Virus record (IMG/VR): IMGVR_UViG_3300045988_012163
Reading direction: 5' to 3' (one strand)
DNA length: 43,046 nucleotides
Source of the DNA: a virus
The notes under the pieces are model-generated. The model made no database searches and was not told the DNA's origin. It saw nothing but the letters and a program-made list of their open reading frames with translations. Shown here piece after piece: positions 24,058-30,768 of the stretch (positions within the stretch are counted from its first letter, which is position 1; each line of letters starts with the position of its first letter). A program made the translations under genes and the position numbers.

Positions 24058-24621
24058 ATGCCAATCGGTGATTTTATTAAAACCCAAGGGGTAAGCTTTT
24101 TAGTGGCAAGAAACAAAGAAACCGTATCCACTGAAAAGGGTTTGCCGAATTGCGATAAAATGCGGGGGAAAGATGCTATCACTTTCCTCCCAACGGTCGA
24201 TATAAAAGAAGGAGACTCCCTGACTTTCCCTGACGGAAGAACGGTATATGTTTCTGAAATTTCAACAGAATACTTTAATGGCGTCGCAAATTATTTGACC
24301 GTTTACTATCAGAAAACACCTAACCCGGAACCCCCTGTACCTCAATCGCAAACAATTTTTAATATTGGAACCGTTACAAACTCGGTAATTGGCAATAACA
24401 ATTCTGTCTCCGTTTCTATCCAAGAGATGAAAGAGCGTGCTGAGCGAGACGGCGGGGATGATAAAGAAACCCTGCAAGAGATCATTTCCATTTTAGAAAA
24501 GATTCTCGCAGGGCAAGAAACGCCAAAACCGGGGCTATTAAGTAAATTCGGTGCTTGTATGGAGCGCAATTCGTGGATAACGGGAGCTATCGCGTCTGCT
24601 TTAATCAACTGGCTGATTTAA
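24058..24621 (+). CDS. Unknown 187-aa protein; first gene of the rightward (lysogenic-side) transcript
   Basis: RBS GGAGATAAAA-ATG, AT-rich. Central TIFNIGTVTNSVIGNNNSVSVSI segment, a helical acidic region, and a hydrophobic tail WITGAIASALINWLI. Confidence 0.65.
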   Translation: MPIGDFIKTQGVSFLVARNKETVSTEKGLPNCDKMRGKDAITFLPTVDIKEGDSLTFPDGRTVYVSEISTEYFNGVANYLTVYYQKTPNPEPPVPQSQTIFNIGTVTNSVIGNNNSVSVSIQEMKERAERDGGDDKETLQEIISILEKILAGQETPKPGLLSKFGACMERNSWITGAIASALINWLI

Positions 24622-24798
24622 GGCCGCCTGAGTTTCCGCAAAACAGCAATCAAGATCGAGCGTCAAGCGTGCACTACCATCGCTGTTCTGCTCCAAATGA
24701 TACGCCTTGACATTATTGATCTCAACGCCGCTAATTTTTACACTGTAATACTTCCCAAAGCACGAAACGGTAATGGATTGCAAGTTTTCTTTTTTCAT
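24601..24798 (-). CDS. Unknown 65-aa protein driven by an O3-controlled promoter
   Basis: Start MKKENLQ at 24798 behind GGAGGAG. Its 3' end overlaps the convergent 24058..24621 gene by 21 nt. Confidence 0.5.
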   Translation of the reverse strand: MKKENLQSITVSCFGKYYSVKISGVEINNVKAYHLEQNSDGSARLTLDLDCCFAETQAALNQPVD

Positions 24799-24832
24799 AA
24801 GGCAGCTCCTCCCTATTTGATAAGGCAATTTT

Positions 24833-24861
24833 ATTGTATTCACTATTTTAGTGAAAGGCAA
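24833..24861 (-). promoter_or_regulatory. Second leftward promoter (TTGCCT-17-TACAAT) with operator O3 identical to O1 in the spacer
   Basis: The 22-nt block TATTCACTATTTTAGTGAAAG (24836..24857) is identical to 23939..23960. Confidence 0.65.
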
Positions 24862-24868
24862 GCATATT

Positions 24869-25237
24869 ATGGATTTATTTAATGATAAGATTAAACCGCT
24901 TTTTGACAGTTCTGGAATGACGGATAGGGAAATTGAAATAGCCCTGGGTCTCCCACGAGGAGTAATTTATAAATGGAAATCCGGGAAGTATAAAAGTTAT
25001 ACGGACTATCTTCCACAAATTTCAAAACACTTTCATATATCCGCCGATTATCTGATGGGCATTGACGCCCCCAAGTCTCCGGTCGAGGCCGAGGGCGTAA
25101 AAGAAGCCCACGATCCGAAGGCCGAGGGTGAGGATGCGCAGCTTGCGCAGCTTATTGCCGGGTTTAGCCGATTGTCTCCGCAGCAGAAGAGTGCAGTGCT
25201 TGCTGTGATAGAAGGTTGTCAACCATCGCAAGAATAA
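24869..25237 (+). CDS. XRE-family HTH protein; candidate immunity repressor
   Basis: MDLFNDKIKPLFDSSGMTDREIEIALGLPRGVIYKWKSGK...ISADYLMG. Lies adjacent to the O3 operator. The ORF also has an upstream GTG at 24851. Confidence 0.6.
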   Translation: MDLFNDKIKPLFDSSGMTDREIEIALGLPRGVIYKWKSGKYKSYTDYLPQISKHFHISADYLMGIDAPKSPVEAEGVKEAHDPKAEGEDAQLAQLIAGFSRLSPQQKSAVLAVIEGCQPSQE

Positions 25238-25301
25238 TATTTTTCTGCTCTGGCGTCAGGTTGGCAAAAAGTTCTGCCGCTTTTTTCGTTTGTTCGTCCA
25301 T
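25164..25301 (-). CDS. Possible small ORF (45 aa) convergent with and overlapping the repressor 3' end
   Basis: GGAGGGACATAATT-ATG. MDEQTKKAAELFANLTPEQKNIILAMVDNLLSQQALHSSAAETIG. The 74-nt overlap with 24869..25237 makes one of the two ends doubtful. Confidence 0.3.
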   Translation of the reverse strand: MDEQTKKAAELFANLTPEQKNIILAMVDNLLSQQALHSSAAETIG

Positions 25302-25392
25302 AATTATGTCCCTCCAAATATTTTTGTAACGGGGCTATATGTTGATTATTGCACTTTGTGCAGTCGAAAATATAAGAAAATGGAGAGTTGAG

Positions 25393-25827
25393 ATGAAAAA
25401 GTTTTTGCTTATCGCGCTGTCTTCGGCTCTCGCGCTCGGCATGTTAACCGCCTGCGGGGAAACAAATCAGTCCGAGCCAGAAAATGAGCCGGAAACTCCG
25501 CCCGATCTCGTTGGAGAATGGAAGCAGACAAACAGCGATGCAGAGGACGCATGGCAGGCCGCTACTATTTCCGGAGATGCCATTGAGGTGTATTGGGTAT
25601 CTGATAACGGAGACACAAAAGCCCTCTATTGGGCCGGTTCTTTCGATGCCCCTACCACGGCGGATGAGCCGTACACCTGGGAATCGGAAAATGATAAAGA
25701 CCAGACCGATATGGCAATTCTCGCCAGCGGCGATGACACCAAGACGTTTACCTATCAGGGCGGCGTAATCAGTTACGAAGTGTCTGCCATGGGAGTTACG
25801 CAGACCGTAAAACTTGAGAAGCAATAA
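25393..25827 (+). CDS. Lipoprotein (candidate superinfection-exclusion / surface protein)
   Basis: MKKFLLIALSSALALGMLTAC with lipobox LTAC. RBS GGAGAG. Followed by a strong terminator. Confidence 0.75.
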   Translation: MKKFLLIALSSALALGMLTACGETNQSEPENEPETPPDLVGEWKQTNSDAEDAWQAATISGDAIEVYWVSDNGDTKALYWAGSFDAPTTADEPYTWESENDKDQTDMAILASGDDTKTFTYQGGVISYEVSAMGVTQTVKLEKQ

Positions 25828-25833
25828 GTAACT

Positions 25834-25876
25834 AAAGGCACTGCCGCCCTCTGCAACAAACGGCAGTGCCTTTTTG
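25834..25876 (+). terminator. Intrinsic terminator after the lipoprotein gene
   Basis: AAAGGCACTGCCG-N14-CGGCAGTGCCTTTTT. Confidence 0.8.
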
Positions 25877-26039
25877 CAGCCAGCGGGAAGCGGTCGCCGC
25901 TGCATGTCTTGACCATACTCCGCTTTACCTTGGCAATTCAACACCGAAACATTGCAATAAGACAGCGCTCGACACGGTTCGACAAGCCCTCATCTTGCGA
26001 CTTTGCGGCGCAAAAATCGAAAAAATTAAGGTGGCGTAA

Positions 26040-26432
26040 ATGAACATTCAAGAAGTGTGCAGAATCCGTAAAGAAGATTTGAAACTGACCTATCAAGACA
26101 TTTCCGACGTTTCCGGCGTACCGCTGTCCACCGTGCAGAATTTCTTTTCCAAGTTTTCTAAAGCTCCGTCCATCTACACCGTCGTGCCAATCTGCAAATC
26201 GCTTGGAATATCGCTTGATGAAGTGTTCGATATCTCCGAACACTTGACGCCAACAGAAGAAACCTTGCAAGCGCGGAATGATGAGTTGGAACGTCACGTT
26301 GATGCGAAAGCGGACATGATCGAGATCATGCGGCGCGGCGTCCGTATCCGCAACGGCGTGATTGCTGTAATGTTTGTCATTATCATTCTGCTGGCTGCAT
26401 GGTGCTTGTACATTGATTGGAGGGGGATTTGA
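26040..26432 (+). CDS. Membrane-anchored XRE HTH protein
   Basis: HTH LTYQDISDVSGVPLSTVQNFFSK, a coiled-coil segment, and a C-terminal TM VIAVMFVIIILLAAWCLYI. Its TGA overlaps the integrase ATG (TGAATG). Confidence 0.7.
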   Translation: MNIQEVCRIRKEDLKLTYQDISDVSGVPLSTVQNFFSKFSKAPSIYTVVPICKSLGISLDEVFDISEHLTPTEETLQARNDELERHVDAKADMIEIMRRGVRIRNGVIAVMFVIIILLAAWCLYIDWRGI

Positions 26433-27446
26433 ATGAAGATACCGAAAGCAAAACTGCTACCGTCCGGCAACTGGAATGTCAGCGTCATGGTAGACGGAAA
26501 GCGCGTGTCCGTCACAGCTCTTACCAAAAGGCAGGCAGAGAATGAAGCGGCCGCGTTGAAGTCCGGCGCAAAGTCTGCCGCTCGTGCGTCCGAGCGCACG
26601 GTTGGTGATGCTATCGACCGATATATTGACAGCAAGGACGCGATACTCTCCCCCTCCACCGTCAACGGGTACAGAAAACTCCGCAAGGCGGTTTTCCCGG
26701 AGCTGATGAGCGTTAAGTGCTCCGCGTTGACGCAGGATCGCGTGCAGCGTGCCGTGAATAAGATGGCGCGGGAAAAGTCGCCCAAGTACGTCCGCAACGC
26801 TTACGGCCTGTTTACTGCGACAATGGCAGAGGAATTCCCAGATAAAGTGTTCCGTATATCTCTCCCTCAGAAGGAAGCACCTAAAATCAAAATCCCTACC
26901 ATGGACGAGATCAGAATTCTACACGAAGACTGCAAGGGCACGGACTTTGAATTGCCTTTCCTTCTGGCTGTCTGGCTCGGTCTCCGTACATCGGAGATCA
27001 GAGGTCTAACATGGGATTGTCTTGACGGTGATATCCTGACGATTAAGCAAGCAATGGTAGACGGTGAGAACGGCCCGCAGCTCAAGCAGCCCAAAACTTA
27101 CAGTGGAAACAGAAAACTGAAAGTGCCGCCGTATATTATGGGGCTGCTTGACGCAACACCGCACACAGATGAGTATATTGTCCACGCAACCAGAAATGTC
27201 CTATATAAGCATCTGCAACGCGCGTGTGCCCGCTGCGGAGTTCAGCCGTTCCGCTTCCACGACCTCCGCCATGTAAACGCGTCGGTCATGCTCAGGCTCA
27301 ATGTCCCGGACAAATACGCAATGGAGCGCATGGGGCACTCCACAAACAACATGCTTAAAAACGTATATCAGCACACCATGGATGATAAAGCCGTAGCAGT
27401 GGCAGATGCCGTTGACGGCTTTTTTGAATCCGAATTTCATCTGTAA
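26433..27446 (+). CDS. int: Tyrosine integrase
   Basis: LRTSEIRGL (Arg), HDLRHVNAS, GHSTNNMLKNVYQHT (His/Tyr) catalytic signature. Adjacent attP. Confidence 0.9.
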   Translation: MKIPKAKLLPSGNWNVSVMVDGKRVSVTALTKRQAENEAAALKSGAKSAARASERTVGDAIDRYIDSKDAILSPSTVNGYRKLRKAVFPELMSVKCSALTQDRVQRAVNKMAREKSPKYVRNAYGLFTATMAEEFPDKVFRISLPQKEAPKIKIPTMDEIRILHEDCKGTDFELPFLLAVWLGLRTSEIRGLTWDCLDGDILTIKQAMVDGENGPQLKQPKTYSGNRKLKVPPYIMGLLDATPHTDEYIVHATRNVLYKHLQRACARCGVQPFRFHDLRHVNASVMLRLNVPDKYAMERMGHSTNNMLKNVYQHTMDDKAVAVADAVDGFFESEFHL

Positions 27447-27460
27447 TTTCATCTGCAATT
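27438..27460. repeat. attP arm repeat CATCTGTAATTTCATCTGCAATT (copy 1)
   Basis: 22/23 identical to 27666..27688. Extra ATCTGCAA motifs at 27462 and, inverted, at about 27496. Confidence 0.7.
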
Positions 27461-27553
27461 CATCTGCAAAAGTCGTGTTTTAACGGAATATAACTTGCAG
27501 ATATCGCAAGTAATGCGTAAACATGTAAGCTTGAAAACCCTTGCAAATACAAG

Positions 27554-27589
27554 AAAAACCCCGCAGCCGTTGAAACTGCGAGGTTTTTT
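27554..27589 (+). terminator. Bidirectional-looking terminator (AAAAACCCCGCAG-N9-CTGCGAGGTTTTTT)
   Basis: Hairpin at 27559..27583 flanked by an A-run and a T-run. Lies after the integrase and directly after the tRNA-like 3' end on the other strand. Confidence 0.65.
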
Positions 27590-27592
27590 CAT

Positions 27593-27630
27593 TGGTGGAG
27601 GCGGCGGGAGTCGAACCCGCAACCGAAACC
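27593..27630 (-). other. 3' fragment of a tRNA/tmRNA (T-arm, acceptor 3' strand, ACCA): attP core
   Basis: Minus strand reads GGTTT-CGGTT-GCGGG-TTCGACT-CCCGC-CGCCTCC-ACCA. No D-arm or normal anticodon arm lies upstream. Confidence 0.7.
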
Positions 27631-27665
27631 GCAAAAGCATTGATATTACACGGTTTTTTGATACG

Positions 27666-27688
27666 CATCTGTAATTCCATCTGCAATT
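27666..27688. repeat. attP arm repeat CATCTGTAATTCCATCTGCAATT (copy 2)
   Basis: Direct repeat of 27438..27460, flanking the tRNA-like core. Confidence 0.7.
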
Positions 27689-28008
27689 TACTTTTCCAGT
27701 TTGCGCATGACGCTATTATAGACGCGCTCGTTTACAATTTTCAAGCTGTCCATCAGCTCGTCCATAATCACCCATGCCTTGTCTGGCGGAACGTCTGCCA
27801 CAGCCCGCAGAAAATCGCTGTCGCCGTATGTTTCGACGTTGACCGGCGCGGGCGCTGCGGAGTATGCCATTGGCAAAGCCCTCTCTCTGCTGCCGCTTTG
27901 CTGGTCCCGGATGGCATACAGCACGGCAAGGCGCTCATAGTTTGTCCAACTTGATTCTTCCGTCTCGAGGCGAGCTATCCAGCGATTGACCTCATTTTCG
28001 TCAACCAT
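27688..28008 (-). CDS. Hypothetical protein
   Basis: 106 aa. Last gene of a three-gene minus-strand set next to attP. Confidence 0.5.
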   Translation of the reverse strand: MVDENEVNRWIARLETEESSWTNYERLAVLYAIRDQQSGSRERALPMAYSAAPAPVNVETYGDSDFLRAVADVPPDKAWVIMDELMDSLKIVNERVYNSVMRKLEK

Positions 28009-28023
28009 AGGGGTGCACCCCCT

Positions 28024-28431
28024 TTAGCCCTCAATCGTGTCCATGCAACGCTGGATGGCTCTGCGGATGCTTTCGTCGTCGGCGTTGTCCAGCATTTCCT
28101 GCAACTGGCGTTTCATGTTGTCGATGCCGCCGTCGCGGGAGTAGTGGCCACGGACGTAGTGCGTGCCGCGTCTCGCATTGGACATGTCACGGTCATAAGC
28201 GCCGCGCATACCCGACTGCCAGTCTCCGTCGCGGGAATAGCGGCGAGAATAGTCTTCATCGCGGGAATAGCCGTCGTCCTCCAACATCTCGATTTTATCG
28301 ATGTTTTTGATGGTGTCCGTCAGCTTGTGCGCAATTTCGAGATCGCCCGCGCCAAGCTCACCCTTACGTGCCAGCTCGTCGAGTTCGTCGCACAGCATAT
28401 TACGCAGATCATACATTGCTTTCTTGCTCAT
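28024..28431 (-). CDS. Hypothetical charged protein (D/R/Y/S-rich centre)
   Basis: Start MSKKAMYDL at 28431, 7 nt after AGGAGA. Central DDGYSRDEDYSRRYSRDGDW...HYVRGHYSRDGG. Confidence 0.5.
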   Translation of the reverse strand: MSKKAMYDLRNMLCDELDELARKGELGAGDLEIAHKLTDTIKNIDKIEMLEDDGYSRDEDYSRRYSRDGDWQSGMRGAYDRDMSNARRGTHYVRGHYSRDGGIDNMKRQLQEMLDNADDESIRRAIQRCMDTIEG

Positions 28432-28444
28432 GTCCATTCTCCTT

Positions 28445-28876
28445 TCACGCGATTCTCTCAACCGTCAGGTTCGAGTTGGCGAAGTTGACGGCCTGATTGC
28501 TGGTGTTTTCCATTGCGACCGTCAGGAAGCAGCCTTTCGGGACGCAGACTTGCGCGGAAACGTAAATGTTAAAGTAGTTCCCTACCGCCGCAGGCGTGAC
28601 AGTCGCCGTTGCACTGGTCAGCGGCTCTCCGTTAATGGCAAGCGCCGCCGTGATGGCCTCAACCGTGCCTCCGGTGGGAATAGCGATGTTGCCGCCAAAG
28701 GAGACCCTAAACAGAGCGCGGTTTTGATTGGTGAGGCCGCGCAGCGTGATTTGGCCGCTTCCTTCTCTATGCACAATACACGCTTTCCCGCTTACCGCTG
28801 TAGCATCCAAAGGAACGCTTTGATTTGACGCAACAGTTACAATGTTGTTATTTACATATTCTGCCATAAATATCAT
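28445..28876 (-). CDS. BclA-C-terminal-domain / BxpB-like (TNF/C1q-fold type) protein
   Basis: About 140 aa all-beta sequence ending ...NSNLTVERIA, compared with BclA ...IIIEKVA and BxpB ...ALTVAQIS. No collagen-like repeat. Assignment is by recalled similarity only. Confidence 0.45.
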   Translation of the reverse strand: MIFMAEYVNNNIVTVASNQSVPLDATAVSGKACIVHREGSGQITLRGLTNQNRALFRVSFGGNIAIPTGGTVEAITAALAINGEPLTSATATVTPAAVGNYFNIYVSAQVCVPKGCFLTVAMENTSNQAVNFANSNLTVERIA

Positions 28877-29538
28877 TCCTTTCGTTTACAAATTCTTTTT
28901 GGCTTTTCAAATATTTCCTCGCCCGTCCATCCTCTCGAATGTCTATGATATGCAAGCGCTCTATCAAAATTAAGCAAGTCGCACCACTCGGCTATTGTCT
29001 TGGAATCCCCTTTATAAGTAACATAAACATTGTCTCGCCTGGTTCTACATTGCCATTTATTGTTTATCCAACGACAATTTTCAGGGCAATAGCCTTTTTC
29101 ATTGTCTTTTCTATCAAGCGATAAAGTTTCATTATACCCATTGGCTATCGCCCAATTATAAAAACAAGAAAAATCGTTTGCCCATTCGGAACATACCGAA
29201 ACGCCCCTACCGCCATATCTGCCGAAGTCTTTTGAACTCTGATTATTGCATCGGCATTTCATGCCATGCCATATACGATAAAGACGCGTATTTTTCATTC
29301 CGTGCGTTTTATGCTTATCTCCAGATAGTTTACCGGCCATACATCCACAACTATTTATCCTCCGGTCTTTTAACTGGTCAGAACGAACGCGAACATACTT
29401 TCCGCAATCACACTTACAAAGCCATCTTCTGGTGTCTTTGTTTATACTATATCCCTCTCGCTCATTTGCCGGAATGAAACGGACAACAGTTAAATAGTTT
29501 ATGCGCTGGCCTGTGTAATCTACTTTTGGTGTTTTCAT
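28873..29538 (-). CDS. Homing-endonuclease-like DNA-binding protein (paralog of 13774..14373)
   Basis: NTRLYRIWHGMKCRCNNQSSKDFGRYGGRGVSVCSEW and LSLDRKDNEKGYCPENCRW. Strongly AT-rich relative to the flanks. Confidence 0.5.
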   Translation of the reverse strand: MKTPKVDYTGQRINYLTVVRFIPANEREGYSINKDTRRWLCKCDCGKYVRVRSDQLKDRRINSCGCMAGKLSGDKHKTHGMKNTRLYRIWHGMKCRCNNQSSKDFGRYGGRGVSVCSEWANDFSCFYNWAIANGYNETLSLDRKDNEKGYCPENCRWINNKWQCRTRRDNVYVTYKGDSKTIAEWCDLLNFDRALAYHRHSRGWTGEEIFEKPKRICKRKE

Positions 29539-29556
29539 AAGGTACGTCCTCCTACA

Positions 29557-29584
29557 ATAATTTAATTAAGCTTAATTAAATTAT
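29557..29584. promoter_or_regulatory. 28-bp perfect palindrome ATAATTTAATTAAGCTTAATTAAATTAT (operator), plus an extra half-site at 29626..29637
   Basis: Read directly from the sequence. Lies in the divergent intergenic region between the endonuclease-like gene and the RHH gene. Candidate promoter TTGATT-17-TAAACT at 29599..29627. Confidence 0.6.
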
Positions 29585-29651
29585 ATCACACTTTTTTCTT
29601 GATTTCAAGAAATAATTGTGTTAAACTTAATTAAATTTTAGGAGGTGTGTT

Positions 29652-29813
29652 ATGGCCCAAAACGAACTAAAGAACAGAGCGCGTTTCTCTACCACCATAA
29701 GCTTCGAGACAGAGCGAGCGCTAAAAGAGTATTCAAAGGAAACCGGTGTTCCAATTAGCAAAATTGTTGACAAAGCAATTCGCCAATATTTAGAAAGCAA
29801 AGGAAATACTTAA
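29652..29813 (+). CDS. Ribbon-helix-helix (CopG/Arc-like) protein, 53 aa (below cutoff)
   Basis: TAGGAGGTGTGTT-ATG. MAQNELKNRARFSTTISFETERALKEYSKETGVPISKIVDKAIRQYLESKGNT is a typical RHH beta-alpha-alpha pattern. Confidence 0.65.
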   Translation: MAQNELKNRARFSTTISFETERALKEYSKETGVPISKIVDKAIRQYLESKGNT

Positions 29814-29845
29814 AAAATACAGCGGCGAGGCAATAGCCCCGCCGC
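29812..29845 (-). terminator. Intrinsic terminator of the 31888..29927 operon (also closes the RHH gene)
   Basis: Minus strand reads GCGGCGGGG-CTATTG-CCTCGCCGC-TGTATTTTTT. A second hairpin lies at 29877..29908. Confidence 0.7.
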
Positions 29846-29926
29846 GTTGTTGTCAGTATCGGCACGGGGCCGACCATCTCGGTAGCGTCACCGATATGGT
29901 GACCGAGAAGCTATGCTATGCAGTTG

Positions 29927-30661
29927 TCAGCAGCCGCAGCCCTGATTGCAGCCGCAGCCGCCGTAACCGCTGCCTGCCCACGGGTTACAGGTAATGTAGG
30001 CAGGCGAAGGGCACGGACGAAGCTGAGAGATCAGATAGTTGTTCTGCGCGGCCTGAGATGCCGCCAGCTTCAGATTCTGATTCTCGGTCTGGAGGTCGGA
30101 CAGTTTGCTCTGCGTCAGGAAGTCGAGGATGGCGCGGCTGTTCTGGTTGTTCGCGTCAATAATGTCGCGCGTGGCGTTCTGTACGGTGTTGCGCGTGTCG
30201 CACGCCTGCGTCGCCATGTCGTAGCGCACCTGGGCGATAGCTGCACGGTTTTCGCAGCAACACTCAGCGGCCTGCATCTGCATGGCAGTCAACTGCTGCA
30301 TGAGAGCCGCCTGCTGGTTACTGCGGGAAAGCTCAGCCTGTGCAAAGCCGTTGGCCATTGCCATGTTGGTGCCGTTGACAAGCTGCGCCTGCTGGTAAAA
30401 TCCGTCGCAAAGGCCCTGATTTACACTGTCGATCTTACGCTCGACATTAGCAAAATCAGAGGTCAGCACATAGCCATCGACCACGCCGCCGGAATTGCCA
30501 GCGTTGTTGCCCCAGCCGTTGCCGCCCCAGCCAAAGACGGCAAAAATGAGGAAGAGAATAATGAGCCATGCGCCGTCACCGCCCCAGCCGAAACCGCCGC
30601 CGTTGTTGGTAGGCGAGACCGGCATGGTCAGCATGGGAGCGCCGCCATCGGAAAGAGACAT
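29927..30661 (-). CDS. Unknown membrane protein: G/W-rich N-terminus plus TM, Q-rich coiled coil, Cys/Gly-rich C-terminus
   Basis: GGGFGWGGDGAWLIILFLIFAVFGWGGNGWGNNAGNSGG. Then ...QQAALMQQLTAMQMQAAECCCENRAA... Ends CNPWAGSGYGGCGCNQGCGC. Confidence 0.6.
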   Translation of the reverse strand: MSLSDGGAPMLTMPVSPTNNGGGFGWGGDGAWLIILFLIFAVFGWGGNGWGNNAGNSGGVVDGYVLTSDFANVERKIDSVNQGLCDGFYQQAQLVNGTNMAMANGFAQAELSRSNQQAALMQQLTAMQMQAAECCCENRAAIAQVRYDMATQACDTRNTVQNATRDIIDANNQNSRAILDFLTQSKLSDLQTENQNLKLAASQAAQNNYLISQLRPCPSPAYITCNPWAGSGYGGCGCNQGCGC

Positions 30662-30695
30662 AGTATCACTCCTTTGAAAGATTTTTATTCATCAA

Positions 30696-30709
30696 ATCGT
30701 GGCCACGAT
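30696..30709. promoter_or_regulatory. 14-bp perfect palindrome ATCGTGGCCACGAT
   Basis: Read directly from the sequence, in the 104-nt gap between 30766..30972 and 29927..30661. Confidence 0.4.
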
Positions 30710-30739
30710 GTTGATTTTGCCAAAAGTTGAACAAACACT

Positions 30740-30768
30740 TTGCTTAAATCTTGCTTAGACTTTGCTTA
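30740..30768. repeat. Three direct TTGCTTA repeats at 11-bp spacing
   Basis: TTGCTTA at 30740, 30751 and 30762. Confidence 0.6.

Noticed and set aside
23961-24182. 73-aa minus-strand ORF across the switch region.
   Set aside because: It overlaps the operators and the 5' end of the 24058 gene, has no RBS, and has a hydrophobic low-complexity translation.
25444-26297. Minus-strand ORFs 25444..25944 (166 aa) and 25938..26297 (119 aa).
   Set aside because: They are antisense to the lipoprotein gene and the XRE-TM gene, both of which have RBSs and recognisable domains. The first also spans a plus-strand terminator.
27593-27665. Possible complete tRNA gene on the minus strand.
   Set aside because: Only the T-arm, acceptor 3' strand and ACCA are present. 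The sequence upstream gives no D-arm, and the only stem (AAACCG/CGGTTT) encloses a 19-nt loop. I therefore interpret it as an attP core fragment.
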